A stretch of 58,984 nucleotides of DNA, filler included. It is 4 parts of 4 records of this genome, joined end to end, with 100 filler letters (N's around TTAATTAATTAA, not from the genome) between each part and the next. Parts side by side here need not be neighbours in the genome. Positions count along the whole stretch, not along the records: positions 11,399 to 40,488 come from DRR378314_2458; positions 40,589 to 47,588 come from DRR378314_2464; 2 more parts are not named here. The stretch is one strand, 5' to 3'. Positions 35,858 through 46,236 of this stretch are shown in pieces. A program made the translations under genes and the position numbers. The notes under the pieces were generated by a model. That model was not told where the DNA came from. It was given only the letters and a program-made list of their open reading frames with translations, and did not search any database. The first letter of the stretch is position 1. Each line of letters opens with the position of its first letter.

Positions 35858-36703
35858 ATGCTGTCTTACCAACACGCTTACCATGCCGGTAACTTTGCCG
35901 ATGTGCAGAAACATTTAACGCTTTACGCGGTGGTTGATTATTTATTACGTAAAAAAACAGCCATTACATATATAGATACTCATGCGGGACGAGGCCTCTA
36001 TCCACTTAACACCAAAGAGACTCAGCGGCTTCAAGAATACCGTGAGGGCATTTGGCCGCTGTGGAAAGCGAGCGAGCAGCTAAGCGACCCTTTACTAAGT
36101 AGTTGGCTAACCACGTTGGCAACTGCCCAGCCCCATGCATCTGAGCTTACCCATTATCCTGGCTCACCTTGGTGGCTTTCTCAGCCGCTTCGTGAGCAAG
36201 ATCGCCTGACGTTATTTGAGCTTCATCCAGGTGAGCATGAGCACTTAAGCAGCCAATCGCTTTCCCCGCAGGCGCAGCGAATTTATGGGGATGGCCTGGC
36301 AGGCTTGAGTGAGCTGGTACCGGTTGCAACGCCGCGTTTGTGCGTATTGATTGACCCTAGCTACGAACGTAAAGCGGAATATCTAGAGGTGGTTGATGCG
36401 GTGACTTATAGCTTGGCAAAAGCGCGACATGCAGTGCTCCTGGTGTGGTATCCATTGCTACCAGCAGGCAACCATCTCTCGCTGCTAAACGGTTTGAGGG
36501 AGAGTGGCATCCGTAAAATTTGGCGCAGCGAACTTCAACGGCATACGCCAAACGAGCAAAGCCATGGCATGTACGGTAGTGGAATGCTAGTGATTAACCC
36601 GCCCTGGGGATTAGATGAGCGTCTAGCGGCGGCGATGGCACACATTACGCCGCTGCTAGGCTCGGAAAGTGACTATCGGTCAGAGTGGCTGGTAGGCGAA
36701 TAG
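35858..36703 (+). CDS. rlmJ: 23S rRNA m6A2030 methyltransferase
   Basis: MLSYQHAYHAGNFADVQKH, DTHAGRGLY, YPGSP, LIDPSYE, GSGMLVINPPW. Confidence 0.95.
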   Translation: MLSYQHAYHAGNFADVQKHLTLYAVVDYLLRKKTAITYIDTHAGRGLYPLNTKETQRLQEYREGIWPLWKASEQLSDPLLSSWLTTLATAQPHASELTHYPGSPWWLSQPLREQDRLTLFELHPGEHEHLSSQSLSPQAQRIYGDGLAGLSELVPVATPRLCVLIDPSYERKAEYLEVVDAVTYSLAKARHAVLLVWYPLLPAGNHLSLLNGLRESGIRKIWRSELQRHTPNEQSHGMYGSGMLVINPPWGLDERLAAAMAHITPLLGSESDYRSEWLVGE

Positions 36704-36741
36704 CTTGTTAGCCACTGTCTGTTAGTGACCAAAGCAGGTGA

Positions 36742-38112
36742 TTATTTCCCGATACAAAAACTGCCAAAGATTTCGCCGAGCAGGTCGTCAGCGCTGAATT
36801 CACCGGTAATTTCGCCTAACGCCTGCTGAGCATCGCGCAAGTCTTCGGCCAGCAATTCCCCTGCACCGTAGCCATCTAGTTGGGCGCGTCCAGTTTCCAG
36901 CGCAATCATGGCGCGATCTAAGGCGTCTAAATGGCGGCGGCGGGCTGAGAATCGCCCTTCGGTCGTCGCAGCAAACCCCATGATGTCCTTTAGATGGGTT
37001 TTTAAGTTATCCACACCCATGCCAGTTTTCGCGGATAGTCTGATCGTCGGTGGGGTTGTGGATAAATCAATGCCCGCTGGTTCGGCGCTGGTATCAATTT
37101 TATTTCGCACCAGTGTCAGGCGTGTTTGATCGGGGAGCCTGGCGACAAATTCCGGCCAAATAGTCATAGGATCGGTCGCATCAGTCGTGGAGGCGTCTAC
37201 CAATAGCAGCACGCGGTCGGCTTTTTCGATCTCTTCCCAAGCGCGGGCAACGCCGATTTTCTCTACGGCATCGGGGGTGTCGCGCAGCCCTGCGGTGTCG
37301 ATAATATGCAGTGGCATGCCATCAATGTGAATATATTCCCTCAGCACGTCACGGGTGGTGCCGGCAATATCCGTGACAATGGCAGTATCTTGTTCGGTCA
37401 GTGCGTTGAGCAAGCTAGACTTACCGGCATTAGGTCGTCCAGCAATCACCACACTCATTCCTTCGCGTAACAGTGCCCCTTGGCCTGCGGCTTTGCGAAC
37501 CGCCGTCAGCGCTTGCTGAACGCTGTCTAAACGGTTGGCGACGTGGCCATCGGCTAAAAAGTCGATTTCCTCCTCAGGGAAATCAATCGCCGCTTCGACG
37601 TATACCCGTAACTCAATGAGTCGCTCCACTAATGTCGAGATACGCTGGGAAAACTCGCCCTGTAGCGAACGTACGGCATTTTCGGCAGCGGAACGGGAAG
37701 TGGCGTCTATCAGGTCGGCAATGGCTTCGGCTTGGGCTAAATCCAACTTGTCGTTTAGAAAGGCACGCTCTGAAAACTCACCTGGGCGTGCTAGGCGTGC
37801 GCCAAGCTGTAGGCAGCGTTCAAGCAGCATATCCATAATGATTGGCCCGCCATGTCCTTGCAGCTCAAGCACGTCCTCGCCCGTAAATGAGTGGGGGCCG
37901 TTGAACAGCAGGGCAATGCCTTCATCAATAACGCTTTCAGCGGCGTAAAACGGGCCGTAGTGAGCGTAACGAGGGGAAGGGCAGTGGCCAAGTACAGCGG
38001 CAGCGATATCGCGGCAGGCAGGGCCTGAGACGCGAATAATGCCAACACCGCCGCGGCCAGGAGGAGTTGCCAGAGCGGTAATGGTGTCTTGGGTGTAAAG
38101 TCGATCGGCCAT
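36742..38112 (-). CDS. mnmE: tRNA modification GTPase MnmE (TrmE/ThdF)
   Basis: [40 protein letters not shown]-terminus. Confidence 0.98.
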   Translation of the reverse strand: MADRLYTQDTITALATPPGRGGVGIIRVSGPACRDIAAAVLGHCPSPRYAHYGPFYAAESVIDEGIALLFNGPHSFTGEDVLELQGHGGPIIMDMLLERCLQLGARLARPGEFSERAFLNDKLDLAQAEAIADLIDATSRSAAENAVRSLQGEFSQRISTLVERLIELRVYVEAAIDFPEEEIDFLADGHVANRLDSVQQALTAVRKAAGQGALLREGMSVVIAGRPNAGKSSLLNALTEQDTAIVTDIAGTTRDVLREYIHIDGMPLHIIDTAGLRDTPDAVEKIGVARAWEEIEKADRVLLLVDASTTDATDPMTIWPEFVARLPDQTRLTLVRNKIDTSAEPAGIDLSTTPPTIRLSAKTGMGVDNLKTHLKDIMGFAATTEGRFSARRRHLDALDRAMIALETGRAQLDGYGAGELLAEDLRDAQQALGEITGEFSADDLLGEIFGSFCIGK

Positions 38113-38159
38113 GGCGCTTCTCGTTGGTGTATGGCGAAGATTGTCGCGTTGTTCATCCT

Positions 38160-38193
38160 AAAACGCCAGACCCCCGCTAGGGCGGGGGTCTGG
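38160..38193 (-). terminator. Intrinsic terminator after yidC
   Basis: CCAGACCCCCGC-TAGG-GCGGGGGTCTGG, short T tail on minus strand. Confidence 0.75.
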
Positions 38194-38213
38194 TGGTAGG
38201 AGAAGGGAGCGTG

Positions 38214-39899
38214 CTACTTGGTTCGCAACCCTTTGCCGACGTTTGGATCATTCTCAATATTACGCGTGATGAGATACTGCTGCGCCACCGAGATGATGTT
38301 GTTGACGACCCAGTAGATAACCAGACCTGCTGGGAACCACAGGAAGAAGAAGGTGAAGATAATCGGCAGCATCTTCATAATCTTCGCCTGCATGGGATCG
38401 GGCGGTGTCGGGTTCAGCATTTGCTGAACGAACATCGAGATCCCCATCAGAATGGGCAAGATAAAGTACGGATCTTTCACCGACAGATCTTGAATCCAGA
38501 ACATGAACGGCGCATGGCGCAGCTCAACAGACTCAAGCAGCATCCAATACAGCGCGATAAAGACCGGCATTTGCACCAGAATTGGTAAGCAGCCGCCCAG
38601 AGGATTGATCTTTTCCTTCTGGTAGAACTTCATCATCTCTTGAGACATTTTCTGGCGATCATCGCCATACATCTCTTTGAGACGCTGCATTTCTGGGCCA
38701 AGCTTACGCATACGCGCCATTGACTTGTAGGCTTTGGCGGATAGCGGGAACAGCACCAGTTTCACGAGTACGGTCAGCAGTACAATTGACCAGCCCCAGT
38801 TGCCAACGATGTCGTGGATCTTATCCAGTAACCAGAACAGCGGGTTAGCGATAAACCACAGCCAACCGTAATCTACGGTTAGGCGTAGGTTGGGAGCGAC
38901 TTGTTCAAGATAGTCTTGAACCTTGGGCCCCATGTACAGCGTTGCGCTTAGCGTTGCCTCGCCGTCAGCGGCCACACTGCTCGTGGGGCCAGCAAACGCT
39001 ACGACATTACGATCCCGTGAATCGGTAGTGACATAGTAGAGGTTTTGCTGATTTTGCGCCGGTGCCCAGGCAGATACGAAGTAGTGTTGGATCATCGCAA
39101 TCCAGCCACCTTGCGCCTCACGATTTTCAAAGTTATGGCTTTGAATATCGTCGAAGTCGATTTTTTCGTACCGCGCGTCAGGGGTAGAGTAGGCTGCACC
39201 AAGATACGATTTCATACCCATAGAGACGCCACTTGAGGGGTCAGGGCTATTATCGCGCGCCAGTTGACCGATAAAGCGTGCGCTAATCGGTGATTCGGTG
39301 TTGTTGGCTAAATAGTAACTAACGTTGACCGCGTAGTCGCCGCGCTTAAACGTCAATCGCTTAATAACCTCAACGCCGTTAACTTCCGCTGTTAAATCAA
39401 CACTTAACTGCTCTTCATCGTTCCCTAAGCGGTACTCGGTACGCTCGGGCGTGAAGGCAATGCGGCTAGCCTGGCCGTCCAGTTGAAGACCGGAACGGGC
39501 GACGTAGCTACGCGTTGAGTTATCAGAAAGCAACACGTAGTTACGATCTGAATCCTGCGTTAGCTTATGCTGCGGTAGAGCGGCGTACACGATATCGCCA
39601 CCATGTGGGTCAATACGTACGTCGAGAACGTCGGTCGTGACAGCAATAAAGTCTCGACTAGACGAGTTACTTTCTGCTTCCCCAGGCATGCCTTCACTAA
39701 TGGCATTTTGGGGAGCCGACGAACTAGGAACCGATAAATCATCACTGCCAACATTATTGGCGGATGAGCCGTTGCTGTTTTGGGTAATTTCAGGCGTCGA
39801 ATCGACGCTTATTTGCCCATAATCCTGATTCCACTGTACAACCAATAGGTAGGCAAGTACTGCCAGTGGAATCAGTAATAAAAGTCGTTTTACGTCCAT
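38214..39899 (-). CDS. yidC: Membrane protein insertase YidC
   Basis: VDYGWLWFI, GNWGWSIV, NPLGGCLPILVQMPVF, FPAGLVIYW. Confidence 0.98.
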   Translation of the reverse strand: MDVKRLLLLIPLAVLAYLLVVQWNQDYGQISVDSTPEITQNSNGSSANNVGSDDLSVPSSSAPQNAISEGMPGEAESNSSSRDFIAVTTDVLDVRIDPHGGDIVYAALPQHKLTQDSDRNYVLLSDNSTRSYVARSGLQLDGQASRIAFTPERTEYRLGNDEEQLSVDLTAEVNGVEVIKRLTFKRGDYAVNVSYYLANNTESPISARFIGQLARDNSPDPSSGVSMGMKSYLGAAYSTPDARYEKIDFDDIQSHNFENREAQGGWIAMIQHYFVSAWAPAQNQQNLYYVTTDSRDRNVVAFAGPTSSVAADGEATLSATLYMGPKVQDYLEQVAPNLRLTVDYGWLWFIANPLFWLLDKIHDIVGNWGWSIVLLTVLVKLVLFPLSAKAYKSMARMRKLGPEMQRLKEMYGDDRQKMSQEMMKFYQKEKINPLGGCLPILVQMPVFIALYWMLLESVELRHAPFMFWIQDLSVKDPYFILPILMGISMFVQQMLNPTPPDPMQAKIMKMLPIIFTFFFLWFPAGLVIYWVVNNIISVAQQYLITRNIENDPNVGKGLRTK

Positions 39900-39940
39900 G
39901 AGGGTTCTGCCCGATGGGTGGTGAACATGCTAATGGCGCA

Positions 39941-40013
39941 GTGTCATTTACTCGACCCATGACACACGAAAGCCTGCCAGGCGGCAGGCCGAGGTCGAGC
40001 GGCGAGATGTGTC
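39941..40013 (-). other. Structured intergenic element between rnpA and yidC
   Basis: Four perfect 6-7 bp complementary pairs within 73 nt (see findings). Confidence 0.5.
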
Positions 40014-40014
40014 G

Positions 40015-40416
40015 TCAAGCGTCACGTGTTACGCCATTAGGCGGGAGTGGTGCAGACACCGCCTGTGCGTCACGCTGAAGTCGTTTCCACATGCCATTTA
40101 GCTGGCGATTCAGCGTCTCGTTATCAATATCTTGAACACCACGCTTTGCCAGTATCACGATATCCACAGAGGGTAAGTGATCTTGGCGGAGGCGAACAGA
40201 TTCTCTCACGAGTCGCTTAAAGCGGTTGCGATCAACAGCGAGCTTCACATTCTTTTTGCTGACCACCAGTCCAATGCGGGGATGTCCCCGGGTACTCAAA
40301 CGCGCTAGCGCCATCATACCTTTGCCATGAACCTTCAGGTCTGCCTGTTCAAACACGTGACTAAAATCCCCGGCGTTTAGCAAACGTAAGCACCGGGGAA
40401 AGCCTTGATGCGGCAC
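40015..40416 (-). CDS. rnpA: Ribonuclease P protein component
   Basis: FPRCLRLL, PRIGLVVSKKNVKLAVDRNRFKRLVRES; likely GTG start 40416. Confidence 0.95.
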   Translation of the reverse strand: MPHQGFPRCLRLLNAGDFSHVFEQADLKVHGKGMMALARLSTRGHPRIGLVVSKKNVKLAVDRNRFKRLVRESVRLRQDHLPSVDIVILAKRGVQDIDNETLNRQLNGMWKRLQRDAQAVSAPLPPNGVTRDA

Positions 40417-40429
40417 ACGCAATCCGAGA

Positions 40430-40488
40430 TCAGGCGCTCAGACGCTTGCGGCCTTTGGCGCGGCGGCGTGCGATAACGGCACGGCCGT
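40430..40488 (-). CDS. rpmH: 50S ribosomal protein L34, C-terminal part, truncated by contig end (not in ORF track)
   Basis: Minus strand translates GRAVIARRRAKGRKRLSA*; upstream of rnpA. Confidence 0.93.
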
Positions 40489-40588
40489 NNNNNNNNNNNN
40501 NNNNNNNNNNNNNNNNNNNNNNNNNNNNNNNNTTAATTAATTAANNNNNNNNNNNNNNNNNNNNNNNNNNNNNNNNNNNNNNNNNNNN
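40489..40588. other. Artificial contig linker
   Basis: N44-TTAATTAATTAA-N44. Confidence 0.98.
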
Positions 40589-40613
40589 AAAACAAAACAA
40601 AACAAAACAAAAC
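40589..40613 (+). repeat. (AAAAC)5 microsatellite at contig start
   Basis: Direct reading. Confidence 0.9.
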
Positions 40614-40891
40614 AAAAACACAGCGCAGGACTCCAATGCGAAACATCCACCCACGAAAGTCGCAAAGTACCAAAACGGAATTATATTTTGTTCAAAACAC
40701 GAACACTGACCGATGAACAGATGCCGTAGGTACCATTTCGTTTCCGGAGCGGGGAGCGCAGGCGTCTGCTTGGCGCGAGCCGCGCTGGGCGAGCACGGGA
40801 GAGCGCGTTCTCCCCAGCGCACAGGCCGAGCGCCGAGCGCCGAGCGCCAAGGAGCACCGCGCACCGACTCCCCCCCCCCATGCAAACGAAC

Positions 40892-42580
40892 CTTTCGGAT
40901 CAACAGGAGACCGTCACCGACCTCCATAACGCGCGCTCGAACGCTGGATTCGCTGGAGAGCGACGACAGGAGTTTGCGCCGAGACACGACTGGCGGATCC
41001 TTAACCTTTTTGTCCCAGATCTGCGTATCGGAGAGCGCAGAAAGAGCAGAAAACGGCAGAACCCCAGCGCAAAACGCGCGAAGAGCTTGAGAAGAGCCCA
41101 GACGTCGATATAATGCTGTGGTACGCACAGTGCAGTGCGGGGTACACACTGGTAGTAAGCTCTCGCCTTCTTCTCTACACTGCAATGTGTACACAATACA
41201 AGCGCGAATTTCCACCAGAAACGCACTTTCCCTCCGCAGAGAACGTCGTTGACAAGAACGAGACCATCAGCGGTCGCGATGCGCCGCGCGACAGCGACGA
41301 GCGACTGAAGCTTTTCGTGCGGCGCATCAATGAAAACTATGTCCGCAGAACCAGGATCCTGCACCGTTTCAAACAATTGAAGCACACCAAATTGTACACA
41401 TGTACAATGCCAGGAGAATAAAAGGTGAACAAGGGAGGAAATGTACCGCCCTTTCATAGGAAGGAGGTCATGGTGAGCGAAACACGGCGGAAGGTGCGCG
41501 AGAAACCTGCAGGAGCCCCACTTGCATTTACACCACGGTCAGACTCGCGCCGAATACCTCGCTGCTCACGCGCAGTTCCTGCCACTACCCGAAGCTACTT
41601 CAAAGTACCACAGAGCGCTCCTTACGTTGTGACGCTGTTAGCGCACGCACCTGCTCCGCGTAGTCGTTTGCCATCTCGTCCAGATCTCCCCACTGCAGCG
41701 CAGCGCGACTCTGCAGCTTACTCGCGTACGCTGAAGCGGTTTGCTTGGCGAGCTGACCTGTAAAACCAAGAATAAGCGCGTCCCGCCGCAACAAAATAGC
41801 GACGTGAGAAGAATGGTGTCGATCTTCAGATGATGAGTAGCGCGGCGAAATATTCAAAATCGGTTTCAGGAGAGGAAGAGAGAGAGAGAGAGAGAGCGAA
41901 CGAGATAGTGTGTGAACACGAAATCGCTCGTACCTGACGTGAGTTCCGCATCTTTATCGTCCATTGCGACGATTGATGTAGCGCGACTGGCGTCGTGAGC
42001 GAGAGCGATAGGAACCAACCTGTATGCATCATTAAGAATAAAGCACGTCATCAGAATCGCTCCAGATCAGCACGTATGAATTCGGTTTGTGGACTTCTCG
42101 GACAGGTCGCACATGGATCGTAGCGTTTTCTTGCCGACTCGGCGACGGCGAGAAAATTGTCGCAAAGGCGGCCACCACAACGCAGAAAGCGACAAAAACA
42201 AATATCATGGTACACTGATATCATGCCCAAACTTGACTAGCAATCGACGCGGACAGTTCTTTGCCTCTCGGGTATTAGCAGCAGTGGATGCTCCTTCATC
42301 GATGCAAATAATACTTGAACCAGCGAAGGCGAATTCGCCGCTATTCCACAAACAACGACTACTTCTATGGCGCTACAATCGCAGCTCGTACCCGCTTCCG
42401 ATTCCGCCCAAAAGTACTACACGTTTTGCACCAGAGCTCATCAGTAGCGCGCGTAGATATGCGACAGTGAGTGGATGAACCGCCGATTCTTCGTGCTCTG
42501 CGAGAGACCGAAGCTGAAATGGAAGTGTTCCAATGAGCTGCAATGAAGCTTGCAGAGCAGATTCGTCGCGCAAGAAGGCT
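40892..42580 (-). CDS. Spliced O-methyltransferase family 3 (caffeoyl-CoA/catechol O-MT)-like domain
   Basis: Phase-compatible exons: ..HPLTVAYLRALLMSSGAKRVVLLGGIGSG | LVPIALAHDASRATSIVAMDDKD.. | QLAKQTASAY..QWGDLDEM.. | DPGSADIVFIDAPHEK..GLVLVNDVLCGGK (41358-41227) | IWDKKVKDP..MEVGDGLLLIRK (41020-40892). Confidence 0.7.
41877..41896 (+). repeat. (AG)10 microsatellite, intronic
   Basis: Direct reading. Confidence 0.85.
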
Positions 42581-43377
42581 GTTTTCGCAGTGATTGTCTA
42601 CACGAGACATCATTTTAACAGAGGCACGAAACACAAAGGGTGAAAGCGATGAGCGTCTCTGAAAAGGAAGAAACTAGGTACATAGAGCAGCAGGAAGGCG
42701 AGAGGGTCCAGAGGCGCAAATAACAGAGACGTGTTCCCAGTGAAGACCTATCCTTTAGCGTCTCAGCGAGATGATTTGTCGAATTCCCGTTTGACTCAAT
42801 GTGTGAGTCGTAACATAACACAGTATTTTGTTTCTATTGTAGTGGCGACCGTGTTTGTGAATATTGAGACTGCATCAGAGAGTGAGACTGTGTCTCCAAA
42901 AGAGCAGAAGGAAGCGACAGCCCCATACCAGTTCCTCATCTACGATGTGAACCACACGTACACATACTTTCCAGCAATGGTAATTCTTCGACGCATAAAG
43001 CGACGCTAAGTCGTATGCAGGAAACAAAGATACGAATAGGAACGGTGAAATCCAGCTCGCAAATCTTCGCTGTATCGCAGCAACGAAGGAGAGTTGTACC
43101 GACAGACCTGGGACTCCTCATATGCAGATCTTCTGTAGTATCCGCGATGTCCGAGAATTGCGCGTGTTATCGATCCAAATATTCCACCACTAAGGGTAGA
43201 GAGCGATGCCAGAGCGATGCGAGAGAGGACGAGAGAGGACGATGTTGTGAACGTTCGCAGTGGTCGATTGCGCAACGCGCAGCCGCATTTCTGTGCGGAA
43301 TACCACACAAAGGCGCAACTGCGAACACACCAGCAACAAGAGTTCACCGTTGCCACAATAAAAATGAACCTTCTTAC

Positions 43378-46236
43378 CTTGGAGATTCATCGATGTCTGC
43401 ACGCGGAGGTGGCGGTACCCACTTGGCCCCGAGTGCATCGCGCAGCGCGTTCGCCATGCTGCGCATTCGCGTGTCCAACGCGCTAAAAAGCGCGTCATTG
43501 GACGCCATGGACGGCGATGACGACCACAGAATTGTGGTTGCAAGGGTCTTCGGTGCCGCAACGGACGCGGCAGCGCTCCCTGTGTTCTTCCGCTGCACAC
43601 GCGACACGATCCCGCCCAAGATCTACAACGCCGCGCACACCCGCGCACACCCATCCGACATAATGAGAAACACAAGGCATCGCACTCGGAAACCCTTCCC
43701 TCGAAGCGGTTCCTAAACGCCTACCAGTGCGGGAACTGAGTGGAAGATGTCCGGGAGCGATCCCTCGTGACCGCTGCGGCATTGACAGCGTGTCAGAACC
43801 AGCGAACAGGCGGAGCGGATGACTGTGGTGCGAACCACGGGCTACGGCGCCACGTAGGCTCAGAAAACGAGACCGACAGCGCCATCACGGCTCCGCGCGC
43901 TGACCCAGATCGCTGGAGCTCCAACAATGTCATTAGCATACTTCGCGGAGAGAAATTTCAGCGTCCGATGCCACATGCTGTTGCGTGATCTCAGATTGGA
44001 GAGGGCGCGCTGGGCAGGGAACGCACCGTCGGCCTTTCACATGGCAGAGCGACGCCTAACATAGTCGACACTGGGAATTTTTCCACTCCAGGAGCAGTGT
44101 CAGAAGCAAACACAACGGCTTTGGTGGTCTTATCGTCCTGTCTGCCCATGAGCAGCGCTTCGTCTTGGTCGGGCACGAGGCCAGGATACACGTTGACGAA
44201 GTGAACTGCCAACGAAAAGGAGAGGCGCGAACAGCAGCACATCACCGACACGAGAGAACACACGTCAACGAGGGAATGGAGAGCATGAAACCGTTGAATA
44301 AAATTACGGGAGAGTACTTCAGGCAGCCTATCTGTGAACCGCACGACGTCGTATAGAAAGCTGAATCGCCTCGCGTGCTTCCCCTCTCCCGCGCTGCACG
44401 GTCAGCATTCCATGATGTCTTTGAATGCACATGATTCTCACTCGGAGCGAGTCGTGTCTTCTTCTCCTCTGCATATCCACACGCCCGAGGCGACCATTCT
44501 CCAACTGATCATTTGCTGGCACGCGAGGGCTCACCTGTGCGACAATCGTCGTCCTGCCCGTACTCCTGTCGCAAGTCGCAGCGCTGCAGCGTCGTGTCGA
44601 GCTTGGGGTAGCCGTCGAGGTCCCACAGCATATCCCACAGCGTCTTGGTGCGTTCCGGCGGCAAGTGGAATGTCCATTTTCCGCACACAACATCGTGCGA
44701 AGGATGACGCCACGTCTGAATATCTTGCGCTTCCATCGGATCTTCCGGGGTGCACTGCACCCAGCCTGCAGCGGCGAAAAAAAAAAACAGCGAACAAGCG
44801 CGTATGATACAGAGCAAAGAATACGCCCAGCGTTGAGAAGAGGTACTCTGGGACGGACAGAGTGATAGACAAATGACGTACGGAAACTGATACCCCAAAG
44901 ATGTGCAGAAAAGCATGAGGAGTCCCTTCTCGCAAAGACGGAACTCGGGATACACCAGCGCATTTCGCGTGTCAAGGAGAAGATGGCGGTGGAAAAACCC
45001 ATAGGAATCGACTACGAGCTCCCCGGTAAATGCGTAGAAAAAAAAAAACGAGAAGAAAACCGTGAATCCGCATTCGTTGGGTTCCGAAGCGTAGCGCAGG
45101 CGCAGTGAAGTAGTGAATTGGTACAATCTCGAGCTTCACGCAGCCGCCACAAGCGAGCGACAGCGCCTGCATAGTGCTCTTCGAACAAATTCGTTGCTTC
45201 CTACAGTACGCTGTAGAAATTTACGTGTACATAGCGGGGAGAAAGAGGAGCTATGGGCAAGCAGGTATACATGACAACCGCAAGAGGGGATCTATGCAGC
45301 AAGAATGGCGCGTGACCTTGACCAACAGCGCGCGATTCCAACGTTGCCCTTACCTTCTGCTTCGTCCGCCATAGAGGTCACGCTTCCTACCAGCTGCTCG
45401 ACCTGCTTTTTGTATGAATTGAACTTTACATTGATTGGCTTGTATCCAGTCAGAACTTTGGTTGAAGGCAGTTCAGCCGCCTCGCGCGGCTCTTCTTTCC
45501 GGGCTTTCTCCGCCTTTTCGGCCTCGCCCGACCGCTCGGCAGCTTGCTTGAGAAGCGCAAGGCGCACTGTCTTTTTATCAGACATTTTCGCCTTGAGCTT
45601 TCCCCATCCCGAAAGAGCACTTTTCTTTTGCGTTAATGGGGAGCTTGCTGCTCCCTTTGAGTCTTTAGGCGACGCGCCCAGCAATTTCGACTTCGGGCTA
45701 TCCGTGTGCGGAGACTTGCTCGCGGGGCTCCGCACCGAGCTGGCCGGCGAATCGGTCCCAGCATCCAGTTTGCCTTTCTTGCCTCCCGCTGCAGGCGATT
45801 TTTTCATCTTTTTTCCGGCTGCTGATGGCGAATCACTCACAGGCGGACTTGGCGTAGCGGCAGCACCTCCATCAATGTCCACTTTAAGGGCTGTCTTTGG
45901 CTTCTTCTCGCTCACCTCTGGTGTTGGCTCGTCTCCGTTCCCGTCACCGTCGTCGGCGCCCTCCTCTTCCCCTCCTGCATTTTCGCCGGCAACGTTCTCC
46001 TGTGCCATTTCCGGCGCTTCTATTTCGAACTCTTCCTCTTCGAGTACCTGCTGTCGTACTTGATCAATCAGCCCGTCCACATCTTCGTCGCCGCTGTGGA
46101 TGGAGCTAGACACGGATTCATGGTCACTCGCGGCCGCCCCAGCGTCGTTGCCGTCCATGCGCTCGGCACCGTTTGCACCCGCGTCTTCTTGCGGCAACGC
46201 GCCCGCAACGTCCGTACGATCTTCCGTGTCGCTCAT
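43378..46236 (-). CDS. Spliced gene: acidic/Ser-Pro-Lys low-complexity N-terminus followed by START-like lipid-binding domain
   Basis: Exon 46236-45354 joins in phase to 44765-44535 (GWVQC..DIQTWRH..LWDMLWDLDGYPKLDTTL) and 44205-44027 (VHFVNVYPGLVPDQD..); later exons GHEGSLPDIFHSVPAL | ILGGIVSRVQRK. Confidence 0.55.

Noticed and set aside
14788..40488. parS palindromes expected near parAB and the origin
   Set aside because: No TGTTNCACGTGAAACA-like 16-mer found by eye
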